DNA from: a virus
IMG/VR virus record: IMGVR_UViG_3300044655_000639
Location: 1-64,000 of that record
Reading direction: 5' to 3' (one strand)
Length of the DNA stretch: 64,000 nucleotides
A program made the position numbers and the translations under genes. This document shows, piece by piece, positions 48,034 to 58,595 of this stretch (its first letter is position 1; every line of letters starts with the position of its first letter). The notes under the pieces are model-generated. The model had not been told where the DNA came from and ran no database searches. It worked only from the letters and a program-made list of their open reading frames with translations.

Positions 48034-48237
48034 ATGACAACAACATCTGGAAAACTCGTAATAATTGACCTAGGTATGTCAACAGCACATTACCTATGGA
48101 ATGGTGCTACACTTGAAGGTGTGGTAAAAGTATTCGTCTATAAAGGAACGTCTTTGACTATCACAGTTAAAGACAAATCAGTAATCCCAGTAGCAGAGAT
48201 GAAACTCGCTGGTATCAAAGTAAAGGAAGTAAAATGA
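48034..48237 (+). CDS. Hypothetical protein
   Basis: ORF directly after the promoter. Confidence 0.6.
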   Translation: MTTTSGKLVIIDLGMSTAHYLWNGATLEGVVKVFVYKGTSLTITVKDKSVIPVAEMKLAGIKVKEVK

Positions 48238-48455
48238 GTCAATTTGTAATGATAGCACCTGAGGGATATTCTATGCTAGATAGGCACTATATCAACTCTA
48301 CAGAACTAAACACAGGGCTTTTTGTCAATGCACACATATACACTGTTATTGAAATCGCAACAGCATTGATGTTGGAGCGTGGTGATATGACACCTGAGCA
48401 AACACTAGCTGATATTCAGTTGGTAAATGATGAGATATGGGTTAAACTGGTATAA
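48234..48455 (+). CDS. Hypothetical protein
   Basis: ATGA-coupled ORF. Confidence 0.6.
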   Translation: MSQFVMIAPEGYSMLDRHYINSTELNTGLFVNAHIYTVIEIATALMLERGDMTPEQTLADIQLVNDEIWVKLV

Positions 48456-48459
48456 CTAG

Positions 48460-51063
48460 ATGGCAACTTTTACAGTCACTACATCACAGAATATTGACCA
48501 AATAGCTGGTAAGAATGGTGGCGATGTCTACAATATAAATGGAGGTACATTAACTATTGATGGGCACAGCAGGTTTGATTTAAATGCCTCTAATGCTTCA
48601 GCTACAGCTGCTACTTCATTAGGTACTATTACTATATCAGCAACACTTGGTGGAACTCTAAATATCGATGCAAGGAATGTACGGCTGATTCCATTCAATA
48701 ATGGGACTGGAACTGTCCCTGCTGCTGGAACAATCATCTCACAAGGCGGAGCAAGTGGTAAGCTCATGTGTGTGTATGGAGCTACTCCATCGGTCACTGC
48801 TCCACTCGCAACAGGTGCAGCTATGGTTGCATCAAGTTGGCTATTGATAAAACAGTGGAATGGCGTAGAGTTTAGTGCTGGTGCTTTAACTGGAATTAGT
48901 GCAGATGCAACTCAAAATAGTGTTGTAGGATGGATAGAAATATTCGGTGATGATGCCTCAACAATCAATGCTAACCGTTTGGGTTCAGTCAACATAACGG
49001 GTGAATGGTATAGACTTGGAGCTACAACAGGTGTGGCAAACCAAACAATGCAAGTACCTAATAACGGCACACTAAAGCATATCGCTGGTGTATGGATTGA
49101 GAAGAACGCTGGAGCTAAAGACTATGAGTTTTACCTAAATGCTGGTATGCAAAACACAGTTGGGTCGGAAGAGTTTAGAGGTAAAGTGTGTTGGATAAGC
49201 AACACTGGATTGGTTCGGCTAGGACACAATGGAACAGCTAATATGGGGTATGTGCCTCCAGCAGGGCGTGAAGTTGTAATCCCAAATGTATTCTTGCAGT
49301 GTTGTTTGGCTACTGCTAGAAATGCAGAGGTTGTCCCTAATGCTACGATAGCTACACGATATGACTTCACTACAACTGGTGGAGGTGTTGTAAATATAGA
49401 TAAGGCACAGATGGCATGGTATCCCTCTTTTGTTCAGGCGTATTCAGTACAGTTAAGCAATATTCAGGTAATAGAGTCACTATACTGTTCAGAGCTTGCT
49501 TCTGAAGCCAATTGGATAAACATAGGGGTAGGACAAAAACCTACAACAAGTCTTAATGTATCCCCTTTGATATTAACCCTATGTTTTTCAGGGGGTACTA
49601 TAACAAATTATAAAGGGTCTAGGCTTAACCAAAGTGCGACAGGAATTTATACTGACACTCTGACGGATATCAGTGGGTTTGATTTTATCAATCATAGTAA
49701 TACACCATTGTCAACTAGAGGACACGCAACAACAGGGTCAATAAACGCTACAAGGGTAAACAACTGTAATTTTGTATCTCCTCAGATATTAGGGGGTAGA
49801 ATACTTTTGACTTCGTGTACTAACGTCAACTTATCCAATATCGCTTATTCGGATAATGTAAGCGGTACAACATTCACAACATACGCTTCTAGCGTTGTGG
49901 ATATTGCGTCAGGCTGTATCAATATCACTGTAGATGGTATCACTTTACCTGTTGCTAATAATCAGCCATACACACAGCTTGTAGGTATTCAAGCTGCTGG
50001 GTGTAGCAACATTAAAGTGCGTAACATAGGGACTCTATTATCACCTCTCAATCTCGGTAGCACCAATGCTTGTGGGTATGCTGTTACGCTAGCAGCAGGT
50101 GCAGCAGCAAATAACGTAAAAGTACAGAGAGTCTATGTAAGCAACACACGGACAGGTTTCTCATCGGGGGATAACTCCTCTAAAGATATTGTGTTTGAGA
50201 ACTGCTTAGGGGACTATGCTGATACAGCTACAGGGCTAACGTCTTACTCATCACTCAACGCTACCCATAGAGCTATTGGTAACAATTTTACCGCTGGTGC
50301 TGCTGCTTCCGTGTATGGCACACACTGGTTGGACGTTTTCAGTTCGGCAACCGCAGGAAGAGTTTTAGTGCTAATGAATGAGCCAAGCTCAACAACAGCA
50401 AGCCAAGCGATAGTTGCAAATGGTGCAAACTTCACCTCTGCTGGGGGTTTGTATATGCCTGTCATCGGTCACACTGCTACGTTTGAAATGCCATACTATG
50501 CACTAGGACATACAGGGTTTGCTAATAGTGCTTTGGTAATGTCGGGTGGTACAGCAACGAACTACGACTACAACTTTGCAATTGATAAGAATGACGGTGC
50601 CGGATGGCCTGCTATGACTACTGCTAACTACACTGCAACGACTCTAGGAACTGCACTCAATGCAATAGGTGCTTTGGATGCGAGCAAAGGGTTCAAGCTA
50701 CGATTGAAGATAACTACTATCACAACCAATACCACTGCTATAACCACAGTGTATCTTACGACAACATCAACGACTACAGCGCAAGGGTATCAATATCCGC
50801 TAGATACTATCGTAGCTACAATGACTGGTATGGTGACAGGTAGTGACATAGTGATTCTACCTCATGGTACAGAGACTGTTAGAGCCACAGCTGAAGACAT
50901 CTCTGGGACAACATATGCTTATACGTATGAAACTCCTGAGAGTGTGGATATACGTGTATACAAAGAAGGATACTTCCCATTCAGTATAGAAAACTATATG
51001 TTGGGTTCAACAAACGCATCAGTACTAATAACTCAAGTACCTGATGTTTCATATCTAGCTTAA
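48460..51063 (+). CDS. Beta-helix tailspike-like virion protein
   Basis: Asn/Thr/Ser-rich with beta-helix-like periodicity (C.NI.V repeats). Confidence 0.6.
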   Translation: MATFTVTTSQNIDQIAGKNGGDVYNINGGTLTIDGHSRFDLNASNASATAATSLGTITISATLGGTLNIDARNVRLIPFNNGTGTVPAAGTIISQGGASGKLMCVYGATPSVTAPLATGAAMVASSWLLIKQWNGVEFSAGALTGISADATQNSVVGWIEIFGDDASTINANRLGSVNITGEWYRLGATTGVANQTMQVPNNGTLKHIAGVWIEKNAGAKDYEFYLNAGMQNTVGSEEFRGKVCWISNTGLVRLGHNGTANMGYVPPAGREVVIPNVFLQCCLATARNAEVVPNATIATRYDFTTTGGGVVNIDKAQMAWYPSFVQAYSVQLSNIQVIESLYCSELASEANWINIGVGQKPTTSLNVSPLILTLCFSGGTITNYKGSRLNQSATGIYTDTLTDISGFDFINHSNTPLSTRGHATTGSINATRVNNCNFVSPQILGGRILLTSCTNVNLSNIAYSDNVSGTTFTTYASSVVDIASGCINITVDGITLPVANNQPYTQLVGIQAAGCSNIKVRNIGTLLSPLNLGSTNACGYAVTLAAGAAANNVKVQRVYVSNTRTGFSSGDNSSKDIVFENCLGDYADTATGLTSYSSLNATHRAIGNNFTAGAAASVYGTHWLDVFSSATAGRVLVLMNEPSSTTASQAIVANGANFTSAGGLYMPVIGHTATFEMPYYALGHTGFANSALVMSGGTATNYDYNFAIDKNDGAGWPAMTTANYTATTLGTALNAIGALDASKGFKLRLKITTITTNTTAITTVYLTTTSTTTAQGYQYPLDTIVATMTGMVTGSDIVILPHGTETVRATAEDISGTTYAYTYETPESVDIRVYKEGYFPFSIENYMLGSTNASVLITQVPDVSYLA

Positions 51064-51072
51064 GGAGATAGC

Positions 51073-52425
51073 ATGGCAATGATAACTGATCCAGATAATC
51101 TGGTCGTAGGTACAAACCTAACATTCAATACAGGAGCAAGAACATTTGACTTTGTTGTAGCAGGTGGACTGGTAGCAAAGGATGGTGTAGATACTAATGC
51201 ACTATGGAGTAAGCTTGTAGATCTATGGTCTACTGCAACATACAAGCCATTTCCATTCCCTATGAACAAGATTGATAATCGTTCAGGACAGTATGTGTTT
51301 GGTAGAGATCCAGGTGGTAACTACAATGGATGGAAACCAGGAAGTGATGCAACTCGTCAGATGCTACGTAATGGTGGATGGTCAGAGTACAGTAATGCTG
51401 GTGTACTGAATAGGCAGTACTTCGGTGCAGTTCTCCAAGGTGGAGTATCTAGCGGTGCACAGATGTACTTCCAGAAAACAAGTGGCGGACCAGCTATCAA
51501 CTATACGTTTACAGACTTGCCTAATGAAGCGGTACAAGTGTTTGGAGATGCAAGTAATGGCAGCTTTGATAATCGTACATACTTCAAGTCATTTGTTAGG
51601 GAATATGGGTATACCTATGATGATGCTTCTCTAACAGATATTTCTGAGACAGCTACTGGAGCATACAAGCTTCCATTTGGTATTAACTCTAGTGCAGACT
51701 CTGATATTCAAGCTACCGATGGTGATGTGGCTACACTAGCTCCGTATACTGGTATCACAATCAAGTATGATACTGCTGTTACAAACGTAAGTATTGGGGC
51801 TGGTAGTTATCCATTCAAGAAGCATATCACTCCTAACGGTGCAACCATCAAGCAGATCTATACAAAGATGCAGTATCAACTACGTCAGAATAGTAATATC
51901 AATACTGGGGGTACAGGTGGTGTAGTGACTGGTAAGACTGCTGACCTAATCTGCTGGTTCGTAGGACCAACACTATATAGTAGAGCATTCTTTATACCAA
52001 GTCCTGCTGACCTCAATAGTGTAATCTTCATTGATGATAATGGAGTAGAGAGACAATTCCCATATGCATCAGCTGGGACACTGAACTTCAATGCTCCACT
52101 GACTGCAGGTGGTACAGGTGACTATACATTATATTACTCAACTACTCCAGGAGGTAATGACTATGGTGAAAGTACAGCAGTAGTAGTGAACGATAAAGAT
52201 GGAGTACCCATCACAGGAACAATCACTGGTGCAAGTATTGCATTTACCTTTGACTATTCTAATAATACTCAAGGTGGATATGCAGGGGGTACAAATAGGA
52301 ATGTGGTATTAGCATGGGGTAATCCAGGTTCAGCAAAACCAGGTATCAGTACTGGTACAATTACACAATCTAAAGGTATCAGTATTTCAGCAGTAGCAGA
52401 AAGTGATCCATCATACATTCAGTAA
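51073..52425 (+). CDS. Virion structural protein
   Basis: Gly/Thr-rich; late operon. Confidence 0.6.
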   Translation: MAMITDPDNLVVGTNLTFNTGARTFDFVVAGGLVAKDGVDTNALWSKLVDLWSTATYKPFPFPMNKIDNRSGQYVFGRDPGGNYNGWKPGSDATRQMLRNGGWSEYSNAGVLNRQYFGAVLQGGVSSGAQMYFQKTSGGPAINYTFTDLPNEAVQVFGDASNGSFDNRTYFKSFVREYGYTYDDASLTDISETATGAYKLPFGINSSADSDIQATDGDVATLAPYTGITIKYDTAVTNVSIGAGSYPFKKHITPNGATIKQIYTKMQYQLRQNSNINTGGTGGVVTGKTADLICWFVGPTLYSRAFFIPSPADLNSVIFIDDNGVERQFPYASAGTLNFNAPLTAGGTGDYTLYYSTTPGGNDYGESTAVVVNDKDGVPITGTITGASIAFTFDYSNNTQGGYAGGTNRNVVLAWGNPGSAKPGISTGTITQSKGISISAVAESDPSYIQ

Positions 52426-52468
52426 ACTTTAAGGTTAAGTAGTGCATAATATTGGAAAAAGAGGTAAC

Positions 52469-53344
52469 ATGATAGAAAAAATAAAATCATTAGCTACTGA
52501 TTCCAAGTACACTACTTGGTACTGTAGTATTATAAATAATGCTATGGCACGCACAGATGATATTGAAGGAGAGCGGCATCACGTGGTTCCACGAAGCATC
52601 TGGCCTGATGGCATTTTGCTTAAGGAAAACATAGTAAAGCTTACATATAAGGAGCATTATGTTTGCCATAAACTACTAGCAAGAATGCTGATAGATCCTG
52701 CACATACACGTAAGATGCGCTTTGCTCTATGGAGGCTAACACATAAGCGTGTCAATGATCAGATGTGTAATTCTAGAGATTATGAATCTGCCAAAGTGCT
52801 TCACAAGCAAGCACTTGAAGAGCTATGGGCGCAGGATGGGTTTAGAGAAGATATGCTAAAAAGTCGTAAATGGTTTTACGAAAGTGAGGATCAAAAATCT
52901 GCTAATAGCAGACGAGCTAAAGAACGACTACAAAACCCAGAGTTTCGTGAAAAGTTTTTTAAAGCTGCCAATGAAGCAAATAAAATAATCAGAGATTCTG
53001 ATCCTATAAAATGGGCACAACAATCTATGAGATCTGCAGAAGGAAAAGCTAATGCTAAAAAAACACAGCAAACTGATAGCCATCGCAAAGCTTGTAGCGA
53101 ACGAGAATTAAATAAATCCCCCGAGCAAAGATTAGCGCTGGCCAAGCAAGGCCAACAAGCTCTAGTCGACAAGCTCGGTGGAGAAGAGGCGTATCGTGAG
53201 TACTTGAGCAATAGGATTAAAGGACGTCGCAAGTACATTAATCCTAGCGATGGGTCAATACGCATACTTCGTGAAGCCGTTGATGGGTATGTGTTGATGG
53301 CTGACTATAAGCTAACTGTAAGGAACCATTATGTTTATATTTGA
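52469..53344 (+). CDS. HNH homing endonuclease
   Basis: ERHHVVPRS..ENIVKLTYKEHYVCHKLL with a basic helical C-terminus; own promoter and GAGG RBS; start revised. Confidence 0.8.
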   Translation: MIEKIKSLATDSKYTTWYCSIINNAMARTDDIEGERHHVVPRSIWPDGILLKENIVKLTYKEHYVCHKLLARMLIDPAHTRKMRFALWRLTHKRVNDQMCNSRDYESAKVLHKQALEELWAQDGFREDMLKSRKWFYESEDQKSANSRRAKERLQNPEFREKFFKAANEANKIIRDSDPIKWAQQSMRSAEGKANAKKTQQTDSHRKACSERELNKSPEQRLALAKQGQQALVDKLGGEEAYREYLSNRIKGRRKYINPSDGSIRILREAVDGYVLMADYKLTVRNHYVYI

Positions 53345-53798
53345 CGGAGATGCAAAACGTATCTATATAGAGCCTACTGCAGTAAGTGGGGGAACAGTCA
53401 TATTTACCCCACAAGAACTATGGAGTAGATACGTAGACTGGAGATCCCAAGGGGATAACTCTAAGTATCTCCCAGCTATGCGTACTGTTGATGCTATCAT
53501 CAGTGGTGGACAACTACTAGGACCATATCTATTCATACGTAATGATCTGGGATGGAGAGGTGTTCCTCCTGTGACTGATGGTATCAAGATAATCATCAAT
53601 GGTTCACTATATGGTGAGTCACAGATACTGCCAGTGATGGAGAACATACCTAACCAAGAGACAGATCTAATTATCAATATGTCAGCATTGACGAATACTG
53701 TTAATACTGGAGGTGGTAGTTCCTTCACACTAGAGCAGATTGCAGATGCTGTAAGGAACAAGATGGTAGGGGATATATATGCAGCTAAGTTCATCTAA
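53331..53798 (+). CDS. Putative virion protein
   Basis: ELWSRYVDW resembles ALWSKLVDLW in the 51073 gene. Confidence 0.6.
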   Translation: MFIFDGDAKRIYIEPTAVSGGTVIFTPQELWSRYVDWRSQGDNSKYLPAMRTVDAIISGGQLLGPYLFIRNDLGWRGVPPVTDGIKIIINGSLYGESQILPVMENIPNQETDLIINMSALTNTVNTGGGSSFTLEQIADAVRNKMVGDIYAAKFI

Positions 53799-54129
53799 AG
53801 GTATCCTGTATGATTTCACTTCTGCAATAGCAGGTACTGGTGGAGGTATAGACAATGCCACTGCTAACATCATAGAAGCCAATACAGGTACTAGTATTCA
53901 TGACTATGTAGGTCATACTGAAATGGAAGAACTGAATGAATTACCATACATAGTAAGAAAGTGGGAAGATGCAACTAAGTCAAATCTATTGTATACTATC
54001 ACTATGACATTCATAGATGGACTACTGAGCACTGTGGTAGCACAGAATCATGTGAGTACTCTAACAAAGACAACAACTATAGTATGGGTGAATGGTAAAT
54101 TCTTCTCATCTAGTTCAGTAATAGCATAG
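53779..54129 (+). CDS. Hypothetical protein
   Basis: Late operon ORF. Confidence 0.55.
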   Translation: MQLSSSKGILYDFTSAIAGTGGGIDNATANIIEANTGTSIHDYVGHTEMEELNELPYIVRKWEDATKSNLLYTITMTFIDGLLSTVVAQNHVSTLTKTTTIVWVNGKFFSSSSVIA

Positions 54130-54137
54130 GAGCGTAT

Positions 54138-54380
54138 ATGGTATCAACAGAAATAGTACTGGATAGATTTGCAGATTGGCTACCACTGACATGCACAGGA
54201 ACAGTAGTGTATATAGCTGAAGTAGTATCAGGGAACATACTGGTGAAGTTCGGTAGTGGTAGTACTGCTAAAGGCTTCACAATGGTTCCAGGTGACACAC
54301 TGAAAGCAGCAGAGACTGTATATGTTAAAGTAGTAAAAGATGCTGACTCATATCCTACAATACATGTAATCAAAGACTAA
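54138..54380 (+). CDS. Hypothetical protein
   Basis: AGGAG RBS. Confidence 0.6.
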   Translation: MVSTEIVLDRFADWLPLTCTGTVVYIAEVVSGNILVKFGSGSTAKGFTMVPGDTLKAAETVYVKVVKDADSYPTIHVIKD

Positions 54381-54389
54381 GGAGAACAT

Positions 54390-54428
54390 ATGGCTAAATC
54401 CTGTAAGACACCTAAACCTAAGAAGTGA
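54390..54428 (+). CDS. Basic micropeptide MAKSCKTPKPKK
   Basis: Strong RBS AAGGAGAACAT-ATG; followed by a hairpin. Confidence 0.4.
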   Translation: MAKSCKTPKPKK

Positions 54429-54507
54429 GAATACTGTGCACCTCTAAGGGTGTATATCTATACTTATACTATGGTATACTTTCAATAATATAAACTAAGG
54501 ACTATAC

Positions 54508-56607
54508 ATGGCTGATGATATTGTAGAAGATGATGAAAAGAAGAGTAATCTAGTTAGCTGGAAGAATGCTCCTACTGTAGCTGACTTAGAAGCTGATCTA
54601 ACTTCTGCAGAGTCAAGTCATGCTGAGCATGTAGCTAAAGTAGAAGAGTGGCTAAAGAATCTAGCAGCAGAACTGAAGATCACCATACCTAAGGGTAGAA
54701 GTAAGGTACAACCTAAGCTGATCAGAACACAAGCTGAGTGGAGATATGCTGCACTAGAAGAACCATTCCTAAGTGCTAAGGATATCTTTGAAGTAAGCCC
54801 TAGAACATGGGAAGATACTGAAGGTGCTGATGATAATGAGATCACACTGAACTATCAGTGGAATACTAAGATGGATAAAGTAGCATTCATCAATGAGTAC
54901 GTAAGAAGTGCTGTAGACGAAGGTACTACTATCGTGCAGGTAGGATGGGAATTCCAAGAAGAAGAACGTATGGTAGAAGTGGATGTAGAAGCTACTCCAG
55001 AACAACTACAGATGTATCTGATTACACAAGTACAGCAAGGTATGATGACAGAGGAAGAAGCTCAAGCAAGAATGCAGAGTGGAGAACCTATGGTGATAGG
55101 TACTAAGAAAGAGAAACGTATGGTTACTGTAAAGAACCATCCTAAGTACAGAATCTGTGAATATGATAAGGTAGTAATAGATCCAACATGTGAAGGTGAT
55201 CTAGATAAAGCTCAATTCATCATCATGCCATTCGAGACAAGCATGAGTGATCTCAAGAGAGATGGAACATATAAGAACCTAGACAAGATCTTCGGTAAAG
55301 ATGGTAAGGTAATCAGTGTAAGCTCAAGTGATGAAGAGTTCATCAGTTCACAGAAGAAGAATGTGAGTGGATTTGAATTCAAGGATAAAGCACGTAGAAA
55401 GCTGACAGCATACGAATACTATGGTTATTGGGATATCAATGATACAGGTATCACTACTCCTATCAAAGCAGTATGGGTAGGATCTACTATGATCAAGCTA
55501 GAAGAACTGCCATACCCTGATAAGAAGCTACCATTCGTAGGTGTGCAGTACCTACCAGTACGTAAGAGTGTATATGGTGAACCAGATGGTAGTCTACTGA
55601 ATGACAAACAAGATATCATGGGTGCAGTAGCACGAGGTATGATAGATGTAATGGGTAGAAGTGCTAATGGTCAGGTAGGTATGCAGAAAGGATTCCTAGA
55701 TGTAACCAACCAGAAGAAGTTCGATAAAGGTGAACACTTCTTCTACAACCAAGGATTTGATCCTAGAACCTCAATCCATATGCAGACATTCCCAGAGATA
55801 CCACAGAGTGCAATGCAAATGATACAACTACAGAATGCAGAAGCAGAGTCACTGACAGGTGTCAAGAGCTTCAGTCAAGGTATCAGTGGAGCAAGTCTAG
55901 GTAATACTGCTGCAGGTGCTAGAGGTGCTCTAGATAGTGCAAGTAAGAGAGAGCTAGGAATCCTACGAAGACTATCAAAGGGTATAGAACAGATCGGTAG
56001 AAAGACCATAGCAATGAATGCAGTATGGCTAGAAGATGAAGAAGTGATTCGTATTACAAACAAAGAGTTTAGAACTGTAAAGAGAGATGACCTCAATGGA
56101 GACTTCGATCTACGACTATCTATCAGTACTGCAGAGAGTGACAATCAGAAAGCAGAGGAGCTAAGCTTCATGCTACAGACTAATGCTGCAAGTATGGACC
56201 CAGAGCTAGCACGTATCATACAAGCTGAGATAGCTACTCTACGTAAGATGCCAGAACTAGCTAAGAAGATACTAGAGTTCCAACCTCAACCAGATCCAAT
56301 GCAACAGCAAATGCAGCAACTACAGTTACAACTACTACAAGCACAAGTAGCTAATGAGAGAGCTAAAGCTGGAGAGAATCAGGTGGATATAGAGTTGAAA
56401 TCCTGGAAAGCTGAGACAGAGAGAGCTAAGTCTAGATCTCTCAATAGCAAGACAGATCTAGATGATCAAGTGTTCCTAGAAAAGGATGCTGGACTTGATC
56501 AACAGAAGATAATGGAACAAAAAGAGCATGACCGCTTAGCCTCTATGGATATTGAAGCATTTAAAGCTATGAATAGTAAAACTCAAGCTAGTAAGAAAGG
56601 TCTCTGA
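54508..56607 (+). CDS. Portal protein (N4 gp59-like)
   Basis: GRSKVQPKLIRTQAEWRY..L.EPFL, EAESLTGVKSF. Confidence 0.92.
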   Translation: MADDIVEDDEKKSNLVSWKNAPTVADLEADLTSAESSHAEHVAKVEEWLKNLAAELKITIPKGRSKVQPKLIRTQAEWRYAALEEPFLSAKDIFEVSPRTWEDTEGADDNEITLNYQWNTKMDKVAFINEYVRSAVDEGTTIVQVGWEFQEEERMVEVDVEATPEQLQMYLITQVQQGMMTEEEAQARMQSGEPMVIGTKKEKRMVTVKNHPKYRICEYDKVVIDPTCEGDLDKAQFIIMPFETSMSDLKRDGTYKNLDKIFGKDGKVISVSSSDEEFISSQKKNVSGFEFKDKARRKLTAYEYYGYWDINDTGITTPIKAVWVGSTMIKLEELPYPDKKLPFVGVQYLPVRKSVYGEPDGSLLNDKQDIMGAVARGMIDVMGRSANGQVGMQKGFLDVTNQKKFDKGEHFFYNQGFDPRTSIHMQTFPEIPQSAMQMIQLQNAEAESLTGVKSFSQGISGASLGNTAAGARGALDSASKRELGILRRLSKGIEQIGRKTIAMNAVWLEDEEVIRITNKEFRTVKRDDLNGDFDLRLSISTAESDNQKAEELSFMLQTNAASMDPELARIIQAEIATLRKMPELAKKILEFQPQPDPMQQQMQQLQLQLLQAQVANERAKAGENQVDIELKSWKAETERAKSRSLNSKTDLDDQVFLEKDAGLDQQKIMEQKEHDRLASMDIEAFKAMNSKTQASKKGL

Positions 56608-56609
56608 GT

Positions 56610-57455
56610 ATGAGCTATATAGTATATAAACACACCAATAATATTACAGGTAAGTCCTATGTAGGTCTGACTAAATACACAATAGAGCATAGATGGTCTC
56701 AACATGTGTATGAAGCTATGAAAGGCAGACGTAACTATAAGTTCTATAATGCTATAACTAAGTATGGTACTGATGTATGGACAAGTGATACGCTAGTGTA
56801 TGATATAGAAACATTCGAGGAAGCTGCTATACATGAAAAGTACATGATAGCTTTATATGATTGTATAGATAATGGTTACAATATATCAGAAGGCGGTGAA
56901 GGTTGCACTATAAAGGCAGGTCCAAGTCACCCACTGTATGGTGTCAAGAAGAGTAAAGAACATGTTGATAAAAGTGTGAAAGGGACTAAAGAAGCTAAAG
57001 ATAAATGGACAGAAGAAAGACGTATGCAGTATAGTGCTACATGTGTAGAAGTTCTCAGAAAGAGATGGGAGACTATAGAGTACTCCTTCTACCATGAGGA
57101 TTATGGTGTAGTAACAGGATTTGTATCTGATATAGCTAACAAGTACCAACTATACTCAGGGTATCTTAGATATGTAACAAAGGGCAAATCTAAACACTGC
57201 AATGGATGGTTTCTGTATACAGGTGATAACGGGGACTATACCAAAGATCCTATATACACTTTCACACATGAACTATATGGAAATGAGACTTTAACCTTAA
57301 AAGATATGAGTATTAAGTATAATCTATCAAAAGGTAATCTATGCATGGTAGCCAAAGGACAGCGTAATCACACTGGAGGTTGGAGACTAGCAATGATGGA
57401 TGCTAAGGCATTCGATGCTATGAACATGCCAAAAAAAGAAGGAGTAAAGAAATGA
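56610..57455 (+). CDS. GIY-YIG homing endonuclease
   Basis: YIVY..N..TGKSYVG..R..H..E..GYN, NUMOD3-like HPLYG.K.S.E. Confidence 0.85.
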   Translation: MSYIVYKHTNNITGKSYVGLTKYTIEHRWSQHVYEAMKGRRNYKFYNAITKYGTDVWTSDTLVYDIETFEEAAIHEKYMIALYDCIDNGYNISEGGEGCTIKAGPSHPLYGVKKSKEHVDKSVKGTKEAKDKWTEERRMQYSATCVEVLRKRWETIEYSFYHEDYGVVTGFVSDIANKYQLYSGYLRYVTKGKSKHCNGWFLYTGDNGDYTKDPIYTFTHELYGNETLTLKDMSIKYNLSKGNLCMVAKGQRNHTGGWRLAMMDAKAFDAMNMPKKEGVKK

Positions 57456-57874
57456 GTAACTACCTAATGGATATGAACACTACAAGAGAGAACGTAGACA
57501 ACAGAGCTATAGTGATCAAGGACTGGAACTATGGTCCTGTAAAGCTACAAGGTGATAACCTACAGTACTGGGACAAACTAGCAGGTATCTGGAAAGTAAC
57601 ACCACAAGTAGCAAAGAGACATCTATGTGCTAACTGTGAGTACTTCGATAATACTCCTGATATGATGAAGCAGATGATGAATATTCTACCTGACTCATAT
57701 GATAAGGATGGAGGTATCAGAGGATACTGCCATAAGTTCGACTTCATAGCACAAGCAGTACGTAGCTGTCAAGCATGGGGAGAGAAAGACTACTATACTG
57801 ATGAAGCAAAGATGAAACCTGCTAAGATGAATGGTCTAGGTGATGATGACTTCATGACTAAGATGAATAAGTAA
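57452..57874 (+). CDS. Cys-containing conserved phage protein
   Basis: CANCEYF..GYC..CQAW. Confidence 0.6.
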   Translation: MSNYLMDMNTTRENVDNRAIVIKDWNYGPVKLQGDNLQYWDKLAGIWKVTPQVAKRHLCANCEYFDNTPDMMKQMMNILPDSYDKDGGIRGYCHKFDFIAQAVRSCQAWGEKDYYTDEAKMKPAKMNGLGDDDFMTKMNK

Positions 57875-57883
57875 GGAGTTATC

Positions 57884-58495
57884 ATGCCTGAAATGAATAT
57901 AGGAAAACATACTAGTAATGATAATGGAATACTGGATGTAGGATATTTCAACGCTAACCAAGAACTACTGAGAGAAAGTCTACTGACTGATCCAAGTGGG
58001 GGGATGTATGTTGTAGATAAACTAAGTAATGCTGTACATGAAGGAAGAGCATTTGCTATTAATTCCAAAGGCACTATCACTGCAGGAAGTACTCTGCGGA
58101 TGCATGGTAGAACAGGTGATAAAGAAGTACACTTCGATCACTTCCACGTAGCAACAAGTAAAGGATTCATAAGTCTAGCTCTATATGAAGCTCCAACAGT
58201 GACAGTACTAGGAAGTGTAGTACCAGCACTCAATAGAAAGAGAAACTCTCTCATAGTACCTACAATGATTGTATATGGTGGATCTACTATAACAGTGAAT
58301 GGCACATTACTGGAGGAACATACTATCTATGATACAGGTGGTACTGGTAGTCATCTGACACAAGGTAGTGGTGGTATAGATGCTGACTGGATACTGAAAC
58401 CTAACACTGACTACCAGTTCATGATCACAAATACTGACAGTACAAGTGTGAACTATACTGCTCGCTTCATATGGGCAGAGAGAGATCCTATTTGA
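57884..58495 (+). CDS. Hypothetical late protein
   Basis: AAGGAG RBS; beta-rich. Confidence 0.6.
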   Translation: MPEMNIGKHTSNDNGILDVGYFNANQELLRESLLTDPSGGMYVVDKLSNAVHEGRAFAINSKGTITAGSTLRMHGRTGDKEVHFDHFHVATSKGFISLALYEAPTVTVLGSVVPALNRKRNSLIVPTMIVYGGSTITVNGTLLEEHTIYDTGGTGSHLTQGSGGIDADWILKPNTDYQFMITNTDSTSVNYTARFIWAERDPI

Positions 58496-58595
58496 CATTA
58501 AGCTAAGAATACGTTAAGATTTCAATACGACCTACAAGTGAAGTCGATAAAAGCTCTAAATCAGGTAATCTCGTAAGAGGACACAAAGGACATGT

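Noticed and set aside
52426-53344. Target-gene duplication around the third homing endonuclease
   Set aside because: No duplicated peptide found at either flank; it appears simply intergenic.
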